In this document: in pieces, positions 49,465 through 50,053 of the stretch | Numbering within the stretch: position 1 is the stretch's first letter | How the letters are laid out: the number at the start of each line of letters is the position of its first letter | NCBI GenBank assembly: GCA_021161425.1 | Contig: JAGHAQ010000041.1 | Coordinates: forward strand, 1 to 50,053 | Source: Candidatus Tharpella sp. | GTDB lineage: Bacteria > Desulfobacterota > Anaeroferrophillalia > Anaeroferrophillales > Tharpellaceae | Direction: 5' to 3' | Length of the DNA stretch: 50,053 nucleotides | Program-made: the position numbers and the translations under genes | Notes under the pieces: generated by a model | What the model saw: only the letters and a program-made list of their open reading frames with translations | Database searches by the model: none | What the model was told of the DNA's origin: nothing

Positions 49465-50053
49465 ATGGCCATCGATATTACCGGCATCAACAACGAGAAC
49501 GAGTTTTACACCCATCATTATCTCTCCGCTATCCTGGAAAATGATTTGAAGGATGTCTTTGCGGAGTGGAAACGGCGGGATGAAAAGGATGGGGTTGTCC
49601 AACCTTATGTAACTCTCAGAAGTTTGCGAAAAAGTTTTTTCGTCACCCAAGACCTTCTCAGCCGAGAGCGAAAAAACCGTGAGCGGCTTGCGCTGCAAAA
49701 AGATTTACTGGCCGGGTTTCTCTCCGCTCTGGGTTATGAATGGCAAAATGAACTGGTCACTATGGATGATGGTTCTGTTATTCCTTTAATTGGCGGTATC
49801 AATAAAGCCGATGGCTCGCCAGATCTGTGGATTATTCAGGCCCTGGATATTTTTGCTGAGGAGGCTGATCCTCTGGAATTGCGGCTCGTTCCTGAACAAT
49901 ATCCAGACGGTGTTGAAGCAGAGAAGGTTCTTGATCTCCCTTTTACCGAGATTATCAGCAAAAATATCTTCAGCCGCAGTGAACCTCCCCGCTGGTTGAT
50001 TCTTATCAGCAGCACCCAACTTCTTCTCATTGACCGAACCAAATGGAATGAGA
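49465..50053 (+). CDS. Probable large restriction-modification-type DNA methyltransferase (DrmMI/Eco57I-like), 5' partial
   Basis: Open from ATG 49465 to the window end: MAIDITGINNENEFYTHHYL...EPPRWLILISSTQLLLIDRTKWNE. I recognise this N-terminus from MTases that follow DrmD-like helicases. Catalytic motifs lie beyond the window, so the product is inferred. Confidence 0.65.
   Translation, partial: MAIDITGINNENEFYTHHYLSAILENDLKDVFAEWKRRDEKDGVVQPYVTLRSLRKSFFVTQDLLSRERKNRERLALQKDLLAGFLSALGYEWQNELVTMDDGSVIPLIGGINKADGSPDLWIIQALDIFAEEADPLELRLVPEQYPDGVEAEKVLDLPFTEIISKNIFSRSEPPRWLILISSTQLLLIDRTKWNE

Noticed and set aside
1-50053. CRISPR array, rRNA, tRNA or riboswitch (for example a cobalamin switch before the mutase)
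   Set aside because: I saw no regularly spaced repeats or recognisable RNA consensus by eye. An Infernal/Rfam scan would be needed to exclude weak cases.

Overview
This window looks like an anaerobic Desulfobacterota-type chromosome segment with two parts. (1) 1-36.1 kb is host metabolism. It holds the 3' end of gatB, lpxC with a sigma54-type promoter, an acetoacetate-CoA ligase and a chemoreceptor followed by a hemerythrin remnant. Next comes a six-gene redox operon: a FadF/EMO-type membrane Fe-S protein, a heptaheme cytochrome c, NrfC-like, NrfD-like, a divergent molybdopterin-family subunit and a 5+1-heme cytochrome c. This is followed by a short/branched-chain acyl-CoA cluster (family III CoA-transferase, two thiolases, Hbd, two acyl-CoA dehydrogenases, EtfBA, isobutyryl-CoA-type mutase IcmAB), two 2-oxoacid:acceptor oxidoreductase operons, dapL and an amidohydrolase. 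A 16-bp palindrome (CAGTTAACGTTAACTG) recurs upstream of three catabolic units. (2) 36.3 kb to the end is a co-oriented, probably defence-related operon. It starts with a DrmD-like SNF2 helicase broken by a +1 frameshift, then a 2518-aa protein with two sacsin-type GHKL ATPase modules, a second SNF2 helicase, and the truncated 5' end of a probable large DNA methyltransferase gene missing from the ORF track. The strongest candidate for an undescribed system is the twin-sacsin + SNF2 pair sitting between the helicase and methyltransferase of a DISARM-like locus. I saw no rRNA, tRNA, CRISPR array, integrase or transposase. All calls come from reading motifs by eye; no searches were run.
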